This document shows, piece by piece, positions 51,800-63,805 of a stretch of DNA of 64,000 bases; the stretch's first letter is position 1; every line of letters begins with the position of its first letter. The notes below the pieces were generated by a model. The model saw only the letters and a program-made list of their open reading frames with translations, was not told the origin of the DNA and ran no database searches. Position numbers and translations under genes: made by a program. The stretch lies in NCBI RefSeq assembly GCF_030028105.1, contig NC_092379.1, positions 19,507,309-19,571,308 of the forward strand, written 5' to 3'. Source of the DNA: Mobula birostris (taxonomy: Eukaryota).

Positions 51800-52670
51800 A
51801 TCGCATGAAAATTTTTCAGAAAGGTTCAATTCCTCGGCACAGATTCATCCTGCAAATTAACCATGAGAGAATCCTGCACAAGGATTCACAAAACCCTTTG
51901 CATCTCAGAGTTTTGTATTTTCTGTCCATTAGGAAAGAGTCAACCATTTCATTTCTTCTACCAAAGAGCATGACCATACAATTCCCAACATTGTATTCCA
52001 TCTGCCTCTTCTTTGCCCACTCTCCTAATCTAATCTATTTAACTGTTTCTGTATTGTCCCTGCTTCCTCAAAACTACTTGCCCCTCGACCTATTGTCTGC
52101 AAACTTTCCAACAAATCCATCAAGTCCAACATCCAAATCACTGACATATAATGTAAAAAGGTAAAATCTTTCTGAATGTTGTGGTGTACACCATCTGGTC
52201 CATGTGACTTATTTACCTTCAGACCTTTCAATTTCTCAAGAATCTTCTCTGTAATAGTGGTAGCTTCACACACCTCATGACGCCGACACCTGGAACTTCT
52301 AACAGACTGCTAGTGTCATCCTCACTGATGCAAGGTATTTATTCAGTTTGTCCACCATTTTCTTGTCCCCCATTATTACCTCTCCAGTATTTTTTCCAGT
52401 GGTCCGATACCCACTCTCGCATCTCTTTTACACTTTATGTATCTGAAGCAAGATTTGGTGTTCTCTTTAATACTATTGGGTAGCTAACTTTAGTATTCTG
52501 TCTTACTCTTCTTACTGATGTTTTTAGATGCCTTCTGTTGGTTTTAAATGCTGCCCAATCCTCTAACTTCCCACCAATGCGAGCTCAATGATATGCCCTG
52601 TCTTTGGCTGTTATGTTGCTTTTGACTTCCATTGTTGTGTCATCTTGCCATGGTTGTGTCATCTTGCCTT
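51800..52670 (-). mobile_element. Decayed CR1-A fragment
   Basis: ITEKILEKLKGLKVNKSHGPDGVH; EYNVGNCMVMLFGRRN. Confidence 0.8.
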
Positions 52671-54290
52671 TTGAACGCTTCTTCCTCCTCAAATCCCCGT
52701 CTGAATCCTCAGGCAATGGCAGCGAGGCATTACAGAGGGTTATTTCCCTCTCGGAAATAGACTTCGAGGTTCAGCGTAAAAGAATCTTTTCCCTTCCTTC
52801 ATACCTAGTGGCTGGATTCCATAAGCTTGGCTGCAAGTTCCCCAGACTGTTCAGATATTTCCTTGGTCCTCTCCTGAACGAGAGGTCCCAACTAGATGGT
52901 GTTGGGACTTGCAGTGTATTGACGGGAAATGGCTTGTTCATCCTTGAGGGCAGGACTTGGTCACTCGAAGGTCTCAGGTTACCTCAAACGGAAGGCAGCC
53001 CTATTATTGGTTGTTGGTCACGGGAGAGTCTGAGTCTCAGAACACCATGGCACAAACAAACCCTCTTATGATGACTGGAGCAAGCAATGATTCTCCCCTC
53101 CCTCCAGTCCACAGCTGGGGACATTCGGCCCACCAGTGACAGTCTTTCTCACAGTAAAAGCAGCGACCTTGACTCTGACGCCGGGACCTTTCATCGGCGG
53201 AGACTCCAGTACAATCGACCTGCATGGGTCCAACTGGATCTTGAGTCGGCGACGGGCTGGTTATGGTCCGAGGTTCGGGGGTGAAACTGCGATGCGTAGG
53301 GACTGGGATTGGACCGGCTCACTTTGATTTCCTGAAGTGGTCCCACTTTTGGTCTGCCAGATGATTATTGAGATGGATGGACTGATCACTCAAAGCCTCT
53401 GCGATCTCAGTTGGCTTTCCCGAGGAGAGGCATCCTTCAGTTCATCCGTGGCAGTAGAACATGCCCACGGCCTCCCCATTCCAACCACTCTTCTGGGCCA
53501 AGGTCCAAAATTCGACTGCATTGCGGCCGCAGACCATACCCACTGTTGAGCTCGCTGGCACCGATGAGGTGATTAAACACCTTCCTCATGGCAGCCATGA
53601 ATTCCTCTGAATCCGAAGAGGTCTCAGACCTACATTCCAAATGCGTAGTGGCCCAGGCCAGGGCTCTTCCAGTCCGGAGAGAGATAATGAAGGCCACCTT
53701 TCCTCACTCTGAAGGGAATTGGGACAGCTGTAGTTCAAACATGAATGAGCATTGGGTGAAGAGCCATGGCAAGAACCCGAGTCACTGTCGAATCTCTCTG
53801 GGATTGAATGATGTGCTGGCTCCATACAAGCATGAAATGGCTTTTCCAAACGACCTTGGCTTCCTCCTTGCAAAAGTTGTTGAATGGCTACCTGGAGTTC
53901 GTGAATCTCCAGGCCTTGTCTGGAAATCCTTGTCACCACAGTGGACGAAAGATTTTGATATCCCACTGGGTCCATGTTTGCTCAATTGTAATGTGACAAG
54001 AGTCCTTGATGAGAATGGTTTGGACCCAATTGCCGGGGTAAACGAAGCAAGGTTCTAAACACAGTATCAAACTAGATCTGAGCGCAAAACAAATGCTGGA
54101 TGATATCACCAGTTGGCTTATGATTGAGCACCGAACCTCTGTTCAGCTGTTCCTTAAATACTTAATTCTTGGTGCCCAAACATGATTATCAATTAGCAGG
54201 ACCATCCTGATTCCCTAAAGGGGCCATGCCAGCTATCCATACTCCCGGAAGTTGGTGCAGTTGGGAGTGTCTTGTAATAACAACTTCTGG
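52671..54290 (-). mobile_element. Chromovirus-type Gypsy fragment (partial 5' LTR plus gag), same family as 31516-36520
   Basis: LTR end ...cttgtcaca at about 53992, followed by MDPVG...; gag AFIISLRTGRALAWAT; CFYC..CHWWAEC knuckle; DNA similarity to 34560-35270 and 31525-31590. Confidence 0.8.
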
Positions 54291-55010
54291 CTAGTCACGC
54301 TTGCCGTTGAGAATACCATGGACACAATCTTTGATATCCCTGTTCCTGGCAGCAGGGATGCAACATACCATCTGGGTGTCTCTATCGAGCCCACAGAACC
54401 TCGTCCCTGTTCTTCTGATGAAGGAATCTCCTATCATAACTACATTCCTCTTCACCTGTCTCCTCTTCTGAGCCACATCACCAGACTCAGTGCCAGAGAC
54501 CCGGTCATTCTGGCTCCCCCCAGTAGATGGATTCCTCTCCATTGTTTCTAAAGTTAAATGCTTGTTATTGAGGGGAACAGCCACAGGTGTTCTCTGCACT
54601 GGTTCTGCATTTCCCCTCAATCTCCTGACAGTCACCCAGTTACCTGTCTCCTGCAACCTTGGGGTAACTATCTCTCTGTAGCTCCTGTCTATCACCTCGT
54701 CATTCTCCTGTATGAGTCGAAGGTCATCGAGCTGCAGCTCCAGTTCCTTAATACATTCTCTCAGTTGCTGCAACTCGGCGCACCTGGTACAGATGTGTTC
54801 ACCTGGGAGACTGGAGTCTCCCAGACTTCCCACATCCCACACAGAGTGCAAAACCCTGCCCCTGAAGCCATTCTCACTAAACTACCATGTCCTAATAGAT
54901 GAGGAGTGAACAAATAGGAACAGAAAGAGAGAAACCTTGTGGTCTTATGGAAGGTGGAGCAGGGTTGAAATGGAGGAAATTCATGAGACATAATCTCCCA
55001 CACACACAGC
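54291..55010 (-). mobile_element. CR1 ORF1 (zinc finger/coiled coil plus SGNH esterase) and 5'UTR fragment
   Basis: C..C.MW, HICTRCAELQQL..ELELQL, VVMIGDSFIR. Confidence 0.88.
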
Positions 55011-55079
55011 CTTGTTGACTAATCCTAATCAACCCAAGTTTTTTGAAATAGCTCTTAACCCTCAGGTCTCCTCCATTAA

Positions 55080-55995
55080 AACCATAAGATATAGCAGTAG
55101 AATTAGGCCATTTTGGCCCATCAAGTCTGCTTCACCATTTCATCATGGCTGATCCACTTTCCCTCTCAGTCCCAATCTCCTGCCTTCTCCCTGTATCCCG
55201 TCATGCCCTGACTAATCAAGAATCTATCAACCTCTGCCTTGAATATACCTAAAGAATTGGCCTCCACAGCTGCATGTGGCAGCAACTTCCACAGATTCAT
55301 CACTCTCTGCTGAAAAAAATTTGTCCTGATATCCTTTCTAAAACAGGCCCCTCAATTTTGATGCTGTGTTCTCTGGTCATAGACTTTTCCACCATGAGAA
55401 GCATCCTCTCTATATCCACTCTATCAAGGCCTTTCAACATTTGATCAGTTTCAATAATGTCAGCCCTTATTCTTCTGAATTCCACTGAGCACAGGCCCAA
55501 AGCCATCAAACGGTCTTCATATGACATGCTTTCAATTCTGGAATCATTTACATGAATTCCTTTGAACCCCCTCCAATGTCAGCACATCCTTTCTTAGATA
55601 AGGGGGCCAAAATTGCTCACAGTAGTCAATGTGAGGCCTTACCAGTGCTTTTGAAAGCTTCAATATTACATCCTTGCATTTATCTTGTAGTCCCCTTGAA
55701 ATTAATGCTGACATCACATTTGCCTTCCTCACCACTGACTCAACCTGCAAATTAACCTTCAGGGAATCCCACACAAGGACTCCCAAGTCCATTTGCACCT
55801 CAGATTTTTGAATTTTCTCTCTATTTAGAAAATAGTCTATGCTTTACTTTTACGAGTTCCTTTACTTTTAACTCTGGTTCATTGCACAACCCCCAATGCA
55901 GAATAGCTAATTGCCTGGTGGGCTCAATCACCAGCTGCTCTGAAAAAACAAGCTCGTAGGCATTCTACAAATTCCTTCCCTTGGAATCCGGCACC
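55080..55995 (-). mobile_element. CR1-A, 3' part (third composite copy)
   Basis: accataagatatagc tail; ends at ...ggcacc exactly as 41157-42815 does. Confidence 0.85.
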
Positions 55996-58900
55996 TTAAT
56001 GATTTAGTACAGCACAGGCCGTTCAGCCCACAATATTGTGCTAAACCAGCTATAAAGCAAATCAAAACCATCCAGACATCAATCCCTCCTACTTTCACCA
56101 TGTGCATAGCCCTCCTACTTCCTTACAACAACTGAGAAAGAGATACTCTCTGTCCACTCATATGCCTCTCATAATCTTGTACACCTCTATCTGATGCTCA
56201 GAGGAAACAAACCAAGTTTATCCAGCCTCTCATGATAGCACATGCCCTCTAAACCAGGCAGCATCCTGGTAAACCTCTTCTGCAACCTCTCCGAAGCCTC
56301 AGCATATTTCCTATAGTGGGCCAACCTGAACTCTACGCAATACTCCAGATGTGATCGAACCAGGCTTTTATAAAGTTGCAAAATAACGTCCTGACCTTTG
56401 AACTCAATGCCGCAACTAATACAAGCAAGCCTTCTGCAAATCTTGTTAAGCCCCTTATTGAACTGTGTAGCCATTTTCAAGGTGATTGAACCTGGATCAC
56501 AAGATCTCTCTGCTCAGCAACACTGTTAAGAACCTTGCCATTAAAGGTGTGCCCTTGTTCCCTTCATAAACAGAGGTACAATATTAGTTCTGATGACTTA
56601 TGCATCTTAATTCGGAGCAGGAAGGCTGCCAGTGAACGGCTAAGGATTTCTCGAGCGAAGGCATTTTGCTACTCGGGGTAAAAGAGAGGCAAGACTGCGC
56701 AAGCACATGACATCAACCAGTAGAGCAGGAAAAGTTCAAAAAGAAGACCGCCATATTCAGTGGGCAGCATTCAGAGCAGGCAACGGAGTGAGAAGTAGCA
56801 GAGTGAGAGGGCTTTAGCTCAATGGGCTTAGGCAGTAGCGAGGCAAGGTGGGTTTACCTGTGTTCATAGCGGAAAGGAAGTATGTGTGTGAGGCTGGTGT
56901 TCTGTGCTCGGTGTCAGATGTGGGAGGTCCTGGAGTCTCCTAGTCTCCTAGACAGCCATATCTGCACCCAGTGTGTCAAGCTGCAGCTCCTAAGGGACCG
57001 CGTTAGGGAACTGGAGATGCAGCTCGATGACCTTCGTCTGATCAGGGAGAGTGAGGAGGTGATAGAGAGGAGTTATAAGCAGGTGGTCACACCGGGGCCA
57101 CGGGAGACAGACAAGTGGGTAACAGTTAGGAGAGGGAAGAGGAAGAGTCAGATACTAGAGAGTACCCCTGTGGCTGTACCCCTTGACAATAAGTACTCCT
57201 GTTTGAGTACTGTTGGGGGGGACAGCTTACCTGGGGGAAGCAACAGTGGCTGTGCCTCTGGCACAGAGTCCGGCCCTGTGGCTCAGAAGGGGAGGGAAAG
57301 GAAGAGAACGGCAGTCATGATAGGGGACTCTATAGTTACGGGGTCAGACAGGCGATTCTGTGGATGCAGGAAAGAAACTTGGATGGTAGTTTGCTTCCCA
57401 GGTGCCAGGATCCGGGATGTTTCAGATCACGTCCAAGGTATCCTGCAGTGGGAGAGAGAACAGCCAGAGGTCGTGGTACATATTGGTACCAATGACATTG
57501 GTAGGAAAAGGGAAGAGGTCCTGAAAAAAAGACTACAGGGAGTTAGGCTGTATTTGATTTGGTATTGGGAAATGAACCTGGTCAGGTGTCAGATCTCTCA
57601 GTGGAAGAGCATTTTGGAGGTAGTGATCATAATTCTATCTCCTTTACAATAGCATTGGAGAGAAATAGGAACAGACAAGTTAGAAAAGCGTTTAATTGGA
57701 GTAAGGGGAATTATGAGGCTATCAGGCAGGAAATTGGAAGCTTGAATTGGGAACAGATATTCTCAGGGAAAAGTATGGAAGAAATGTGGCAAATGTTCAG
57801 GGGATATTTGTGTGGAGTTCTGCATAGGTACATTCCAATGAGACAGGGAAGTTATGGTAGGGTACAGGAACCATGGTGCACAAAGGCTGTAATAAATCTA
57901 GTCAAGAAGAAAAGAAAAGCTTACAAAAGGTTCAGAGAGCTAGGTAATGTTAGAGATCTAGAAGATTATAATGCTAACAGGAAGGAGCTTAAAAAGGAAA
58001 TTCTGGGAGCCAGAAAGGGCCATGAGAAGGTCTTGGCAGGCAGAATTAAGGAAAACCCCAAGGCATCCTACAAGTATGTAAAGAGCAAGAGGCTAAGATG
58101 TGAAAGAGTAGGACCTATCAAGTGTGACAGTGGGAAAGTGTGTACGGAACCGAAAGAAATAGCAGAGGTACTTAATGAATGCTTTACTTCAGTATTCACT
58201 ATGGAAAAGGATCTTGGTAATTGTAGTGATGACTTGCAGCAGACTGAAAAGCCTGAGCATATAGATATTAAGAAAGAGGATGTGCTGGAGCTTTTGGAAA
58301 GCATCAAGTTGGATAAGTTGCCGGGACCGGATGAGATATACCCCAGGCTACTGTGGGAGGCGAGGGAGGAGATTGCTGAGCCTCTGGCAATGATCTTTGA
58401 ATCGTCAATGGTGACAGGAGAGGTTCTGGAGGATTGGAGGGTTGCAAATGTTGTTCCTTTATTCAAGAAAGGGAGTAGAGATAGCCCAGGAAATTATAGA
58501 CCAGTGAGTCTTACTTCAGTGGTTGGTAAGGTGATGGAGAAGGTCCTAAGAGGCAGGATTTTTGAACATTTGGAGAGATATAGTATGATTAGGAATAGTC
58601 AGCATGGCTTTGTCAAGGGCAGGTCGTGCCTTACAAGCCTGATTGAATTTTTTGAGGATATGACTAAACACATTGATGAAGGAAGAGCAGTAGATGTAGC
58701 GTATATGGATTTCAGCAAGGCATTTGATAAGGTACCCCATGCCAGGCTTATTGAGAAAGTCAGGAGGCATGGAATCCAAGGGGACATTGCTTTGTGGATC
58801 CAGAACTGGCTTGCCCACAGAAGGCAAAGAGTGGTTGTAAATGGGTCATATTCTGCATGGAGGTTGGTGACCAGTGGTATGCCTCAGGGATATGTTCTGG

Positions 58901-60772
58901 AACTCCTACTCTTCGTGATTTTTATAAATGACCTGGATGAGGAAGTGGAGGGATGGGTTAGTAAGTTTACTGATGACACAAAGGTTGGTGGTGTTATGGA
59001 TAGTGTGGAAGGCTGTCAGAGGTTATAGTGGGACATTGATAGGATGCAAAACTGGGCTGAGAAGTGGCAGATGGAGTTCAACCCAGATAAGTGTGAAGTG
59101 GTTCATTTTGGCAGGTCAAGTATGATGGCAGAATATAGTAGTAATGGTAAGACTCTTGGCAGGGTGGAGGATCAGAGGGATCTTGGGGTCCAAGTCCATA
59201 GGATGCTCAAAGCAGCTGCCCAGGTTGACTCTGTGGTTAAGAAGGCATACGGTGTATTAGCCTTCATTAATCGTCAAATTGAATTTAGGAGCCGAGAGGT
59301 AATGTTGGACCCTGGTCAGACCCCACTTGGAGTACTGTGCTCAGTTCTGTTCGCCTCACTACAGGAAGGATGTGGAAGCCATAGAAAGGGTGCAGAGGAG
59401 GTTTATAAGGATGTTGCTTGGACTGGGGAGCATGCCTTATGAAAACAGATTGAGTGAACTCGGCCTTTTCTCCTTGGAGCGACGGAGGATGAGAGGTGAC
59501 CTGATAGAGGTGTATAAGATGATGAGAGGCATTGCCCGTGTGGATAGTCAGAGGCTTTTTCCCAGGACTGAAATGGTTGCCACAAGAGGGCACAGGTTTA
59601 AGGTGCTGGGGAGTAGGTACAGAGGAGATGGTATGTTTTTTTTTATGCAGAGAGTTGTGAGTGCGTGTAATGGGCTACTGTCAACGGTGGTGAACGTGGA
59701 TACGATAGAGTCTTTTAAGAGACTTTTGGATAGGTACATGGAGCTTAGAAAAATAGAGGGCTATGGGTAAGCCTAGTAATTTCCAAGTTAGGGACATGTT
59801 CAGCACAACTTTGTGGGCCAAAGGGCCTGTATTGTGCTGTAGGTTTTCTAAGTTTCTATGTTCCTATGTTAATCCCTTTACGGAGGCCCAATACTTCCTC
59901 CAACTTTACCTCGAAATGCCCGAATTTATTTGTACATTCAGCACTGATCTCTTGGTCATCCACATCTTTTTCCTTTGTAAATACTGAAGCAAAGTACTCA
60001 TTAAGTACCTCACTCACATTCTCTGCATCCAAGCTGATATTCCCCCCTTTATCATTAAGTGGTCCCACCCTCTCCCGAGTTATCCTCTTACCCTTGACAT
60101 ATGTATAGAATGCCTTGGGATTCACCTTAATCTAACTTGCCAAGGACTTTTCATAGCCCCTGCTGGCTTTCCTAATTTCCTTTAGTTCCTTTCTGGCTTC
60201 TTTATACCCCTAATGTGCTTTGTTTGATTCAACCTTTACATACTTGATCTTTTTCTTCTTGACTAAACTCATCACCTCTCTGAACATCCAGGGTTCTCTT
60301 ATCTTTGCATCCTCATCCTTCCTTCTGACAGGAACATACTTTTCCTGTACTCTGTGCAATTGCTCTTTAAACACCTTCCACATGTCTGATGTGAACTTGC
60401 CAGAGAAAAGGTGTTTACAATTAACAATTCTTGGTTCCTGCCAAATGCCCTTGTAAATTGCCCTATGCCAATTTAAAATTGTTCCACAAGGATAATACCT
60501 ATCCTTGTCAATAGTTATCCTGAAAGTTAACGAGTTGTCACTCTTCCCTTACTGTTCACCCACTGAAAGATCAGTCACCTGGCCAGGCTCATTCTCCAGT
60601 ACCAGGAGCAGTATGGCCCCTCCTTTCATTGGACCATACACATATTGATTTGAGAAACCTTCTTGGATGCACTTAAATTCAGCCCGATCAGAATCCCTTA
60701 AACTCTCCCATGTAGCATCAGCAAATCTTGAAGCCAGGTTAATTGTTCCCCTGCAGTTCAGGTGCAATCCAT
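55996..60772 (-). mobile_element. CR1-B (55996-56560 and 59871-60772), split by a plus-strand CR1
   Basis: Same 3' start as 42816 and same 5' junction as 5920. Confidence 0.8.
56600..59870 (+). mobile_element. Near-full-length CR1 (5'UTR, ORF1, ORF2) with an internal deletion
   Basis: ORF1 MCVRLVFCARCQMWE...VMIGDSIV...VHIGTNDIG is fused at about 57548 to the end of the ORF2 endonuclease; 489-aa ORF2 piece, stop at 59026, later frameshift; ttctatgtt tail. Confidence 0.93.
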
Positions 60773-61500
60773 CTCAATCAACCTGCATACTGAAATTCCC
60801 ATTGATTATCTTAACATTGCACTTTTGACATGCATCTTCCGTCTCCCATTGTAATTTGTAGACCACATATTTGTTATACTATTTGCAGGTCTGTTTCTAA
60901 TTCCCATCAGGGACTTTCACCCTTGCAAATTCTTAGCTCTACCTAGAACGGTTCTATACCATCTGATCCCATGTCACCTCTTTCTAATCATTTAATTTAA
61001 TTTTTTACCAACACAGCCACACCACACCTTCGGCCTACTTCCCTGTCCTTTCGATACAATATGTATCCTTGGACATCAAGCTCCCAGTTATACAGTAATC
61101 TTCTTTCAGCCACAATTCAGTGATACCCATAATGTCATACATGCCAATCTGTAGCTGTGTTACAAGTTCATCTAGCATAGTGTATTCCGTATACTATGTG
61201 CGTTCAGATATAACACCTTCAGTCTTGTGTTTATCACAGTTCAAAATTTTGTCTCCCTTTTACATTGTAACTCATCCCGTTGACGGCAATTTTACCCGAA
61301 CATCAACTTCTTCTTGCTAGCAGTCTCACTACACACTGCTTCTGTTTGTAAACCAACAACTTGATCCTCAACCCTTTCACTTCATTTCCCATCCCCCTGC
61401 CAAATTTGTTCCAACCCTTCTGAACAACTCTAGCAAACTGGTCTGCAAATCTATTTGCCTCCATCGATTCAGGTGTAACCTGTCCCTTTTCTACAGGTCA
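60773..61500 (-). mobile_element. CR1-A endonuclease-side fragment
   Basis: Homologous to 5921-6492 and 49154-49720. Confidence 0.75.
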
Positions 61501-61696
61501 TAACTTCTGCTTATCAAGGCCCAGAGTCTTCGAGTAAAGAGGAAAGGTGTAAAGTTCCCAGGGGTTGTGAAGGGCTTCAGACTGCATTGTCTGTTGACTG
61601 TGCTGTCGTTGGGATTGCAGTGTCAGAGAATGCAATGTGAAGTAAGGAAGGTGAAAGTTTGGGTTTCATGGGAGTCTCTGTTAGTCACTTGGTTAC

Positions 61697-61839
61697 CTTG
61701 ATAACGGTGACGAAGGTGCTGTAGAGGAAACTGATGATGAACAGAATGGCAAAGGCAGCAACTGTAAGCACATTGTCATCTCCATCCACGTGTCCCTGTT
61801 CTTCCTTCCCCTCCTCTCCTGTCAAGTCTGTGCAGATTC
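61697..61839 (-). CDS. IgW: IgW TM1 exon (acidic spacer with Cys, plus transmembrane helix)
   Basis: Acceptor tcactttctcaattctttcAG|, 143 bp, phase 1 to phase 0, donor AAG|GTAACC. Protein (G)ICTDLTGEEGKEEQGHVDGDDNVLTVAAFAILFIISFLYSTFVTVIK carries the antigen-receptor TM motif (F..LF..S..YS..VT..K). LTVAAFAILF matches recalled IgW rather than IgM/IgNAR TM. Confidence 0.92.
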
Positions 61840-63454
61840 CTGAAAGAATTGAGAAAGTGAGACTGTTAGTTTCTTGTCGATGTTTCTTGAAGATCAACAT
61901 GGCAATAAACTTGAGTAAACTTAATGACTCAAGTCATGTTTCCCCACAGCATGTCATTTGTAACCAGGGAGCAGCTGGATAGAGCTAAATGAACTAGTTT
62001 CTCCGAAACGACTATGTTCGCTCCGTTAAAAATATTGACCAGATATTCACTTAGCGTTCATTAAACATCATCCCAGTTTGTAATTTACTCTGGGAAGTGC
62101 ATGTATGTTCAGCAGTCCCTCCAAGACAGTTTATCCAAAGACCTGCTGTTAGTTCCTGCGTATTCATTTCATTGATTATTATCTCTGCAGTTAAAGCCTT
62201 TCAGACTGCTAACAGATCTGCCAGCCTTGTGTGAGTGGCAAAGTTTGTCATGTGTGTTTCTGCCCAATATCTAAACCATGAATAAATCTAGTGAATAGTG
62301 TCAGCACTGAACACATTGCTGCAGGTCACAGGGCATCACTGTCTACATATTGTCCCTTCTTTCTGTAGCTCTCCACTTTCTGAATGAGATCACTAAATGT
62401 CTTCACAAAGTTGATGAAATATCTTTCCCTGTCAATTACCTTTGTATATTTGAAACTGCGGACCAATCCAGAATGTTCTGTCATCTGTACAGTAGAAACT
62501 AGAATACACATACACCTATAACCATTTGAATGTCTGTCTGCCTGTCTATATAATGAAGGACAGAACCAACCAGGCAACACTTCCAGCCCCTCATGTTTGA
62601 GTCACACAGTTGTATCCCAAAACATACCGGCACGGAACACTGGCAGCCGAATGCTTTCCGTACCTTCTTTATTGAACTTTGATTGCACAAACACAGGCTG
62701 ACATTCAACCTCTCATGTAGTCTACAGAAGTTTCCAACAGGATCAGACCTGACACTAGGAAGTTTTTAAAAAAAACTGCAGGATCTCAGACATGTTAGTA
62801 ATTTATTTTGATGTATTTAATCATGGAAATATATATTTCCATTTTGAGCTAATGAGAAAGAACTTGCAGGTAACCTTGCTTGTTTCAGGGAGATAAACCA
62901 CATTGTTGTAGGATCAGCCACCAACTGGAGGTTGACCAGTGGGGTAGCTGGCCACGGGAATCTCTGCTGCAAAGAACTCAGTGACCTGACACTTGTCCTT
63001 TTATCTGATGAGGAAGTGTAGCTTTAGAGGGTTCCTACTGGGAATGGACTTTTTTATTCATCTGAAGTTTTCCTGGAATATTCTGCTCTTACACCATTCA
63101 GGCTAATATTTACACCAGGAGTGATCTCTCCACATCTAAAATGTAAAGGCTTTTTACTTTTGGAAATGAAAGAGAAATTGTGGAAAGTGTTCAGTGGGTT
63201 AGAAAACACTTGTGAACAGAGAAAGGGATAACATTGAGAGAGCATCACAAGTGTACTCTGTACCATTGCTTCAGCACTAGTTCTGTGCCTGGCTGAGTAC
63301 TGTGCATCTCTCTGGTTTACTGGAACTCAACAACTGTCTGGTGTCCAGTTACATTCCACGATGCCTGCTCCAGTGAAACTCAGTTCCTCCAGTTCTGCTG
63401 ACAGATAGACTTGCTTCATGTTTCTGAGATGCTGGTGTGAGAACATTGACCCTG

Positions 63455-63625
63455 CAGTCATTATTTCATCATTCCCTCACTGACAAGGCCGGCATTCCTT
63501 GCTCTGCTCCAGCAGGTCCGTCACAGAGCAGTGAAGAGTTTGGTGTGGGAATTATGGATACAGGTAAACAGGGTAGGAAGGGCAGTGTCCTTCACCAAAG
63601 AACATCAGTGAAATAGTTTGTAATC
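63455..63625 (-). mobile_element. Degraded SINE-like repeat in the CH-TM1 intron
   Basis: gggtaggaagggcagtgtccttcaccaaagaacatcagtgaa is a reverse-complement relative of 38640-38700. Confidence 0.4.
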
Positions 63626-63805
63626 TAAAACTGGCTTGAAGCATTGAATGAACTCTGATTCTTTCCCACTCTCTGCCTCTGCATTATTAATCCACTCACA
63701 CAACTACAACAATGCCAGACTTGCCGTTACCTATTGACCTTGCTTGTCCCTGGGTTGTGGCTGTGGCAGAGGATGTCAACAGTACAGTGAATCTCAGAAT
63801 CATAC

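Noticed and set aside
1079-61500. Possible active, autonomous retroelement
   Set aside because: Every element examined has stops, frameshifts or deletions, including the best CR1 (56600-59870) and the Penelope copy.
62326-62580. 84-aa ORF in the CH-TM1 intron as a possible hidden C exon
   Set aside because: Lacks the Ig C1-set pattern (L.C, W, Y/F.C) and has no convincing splice sites.
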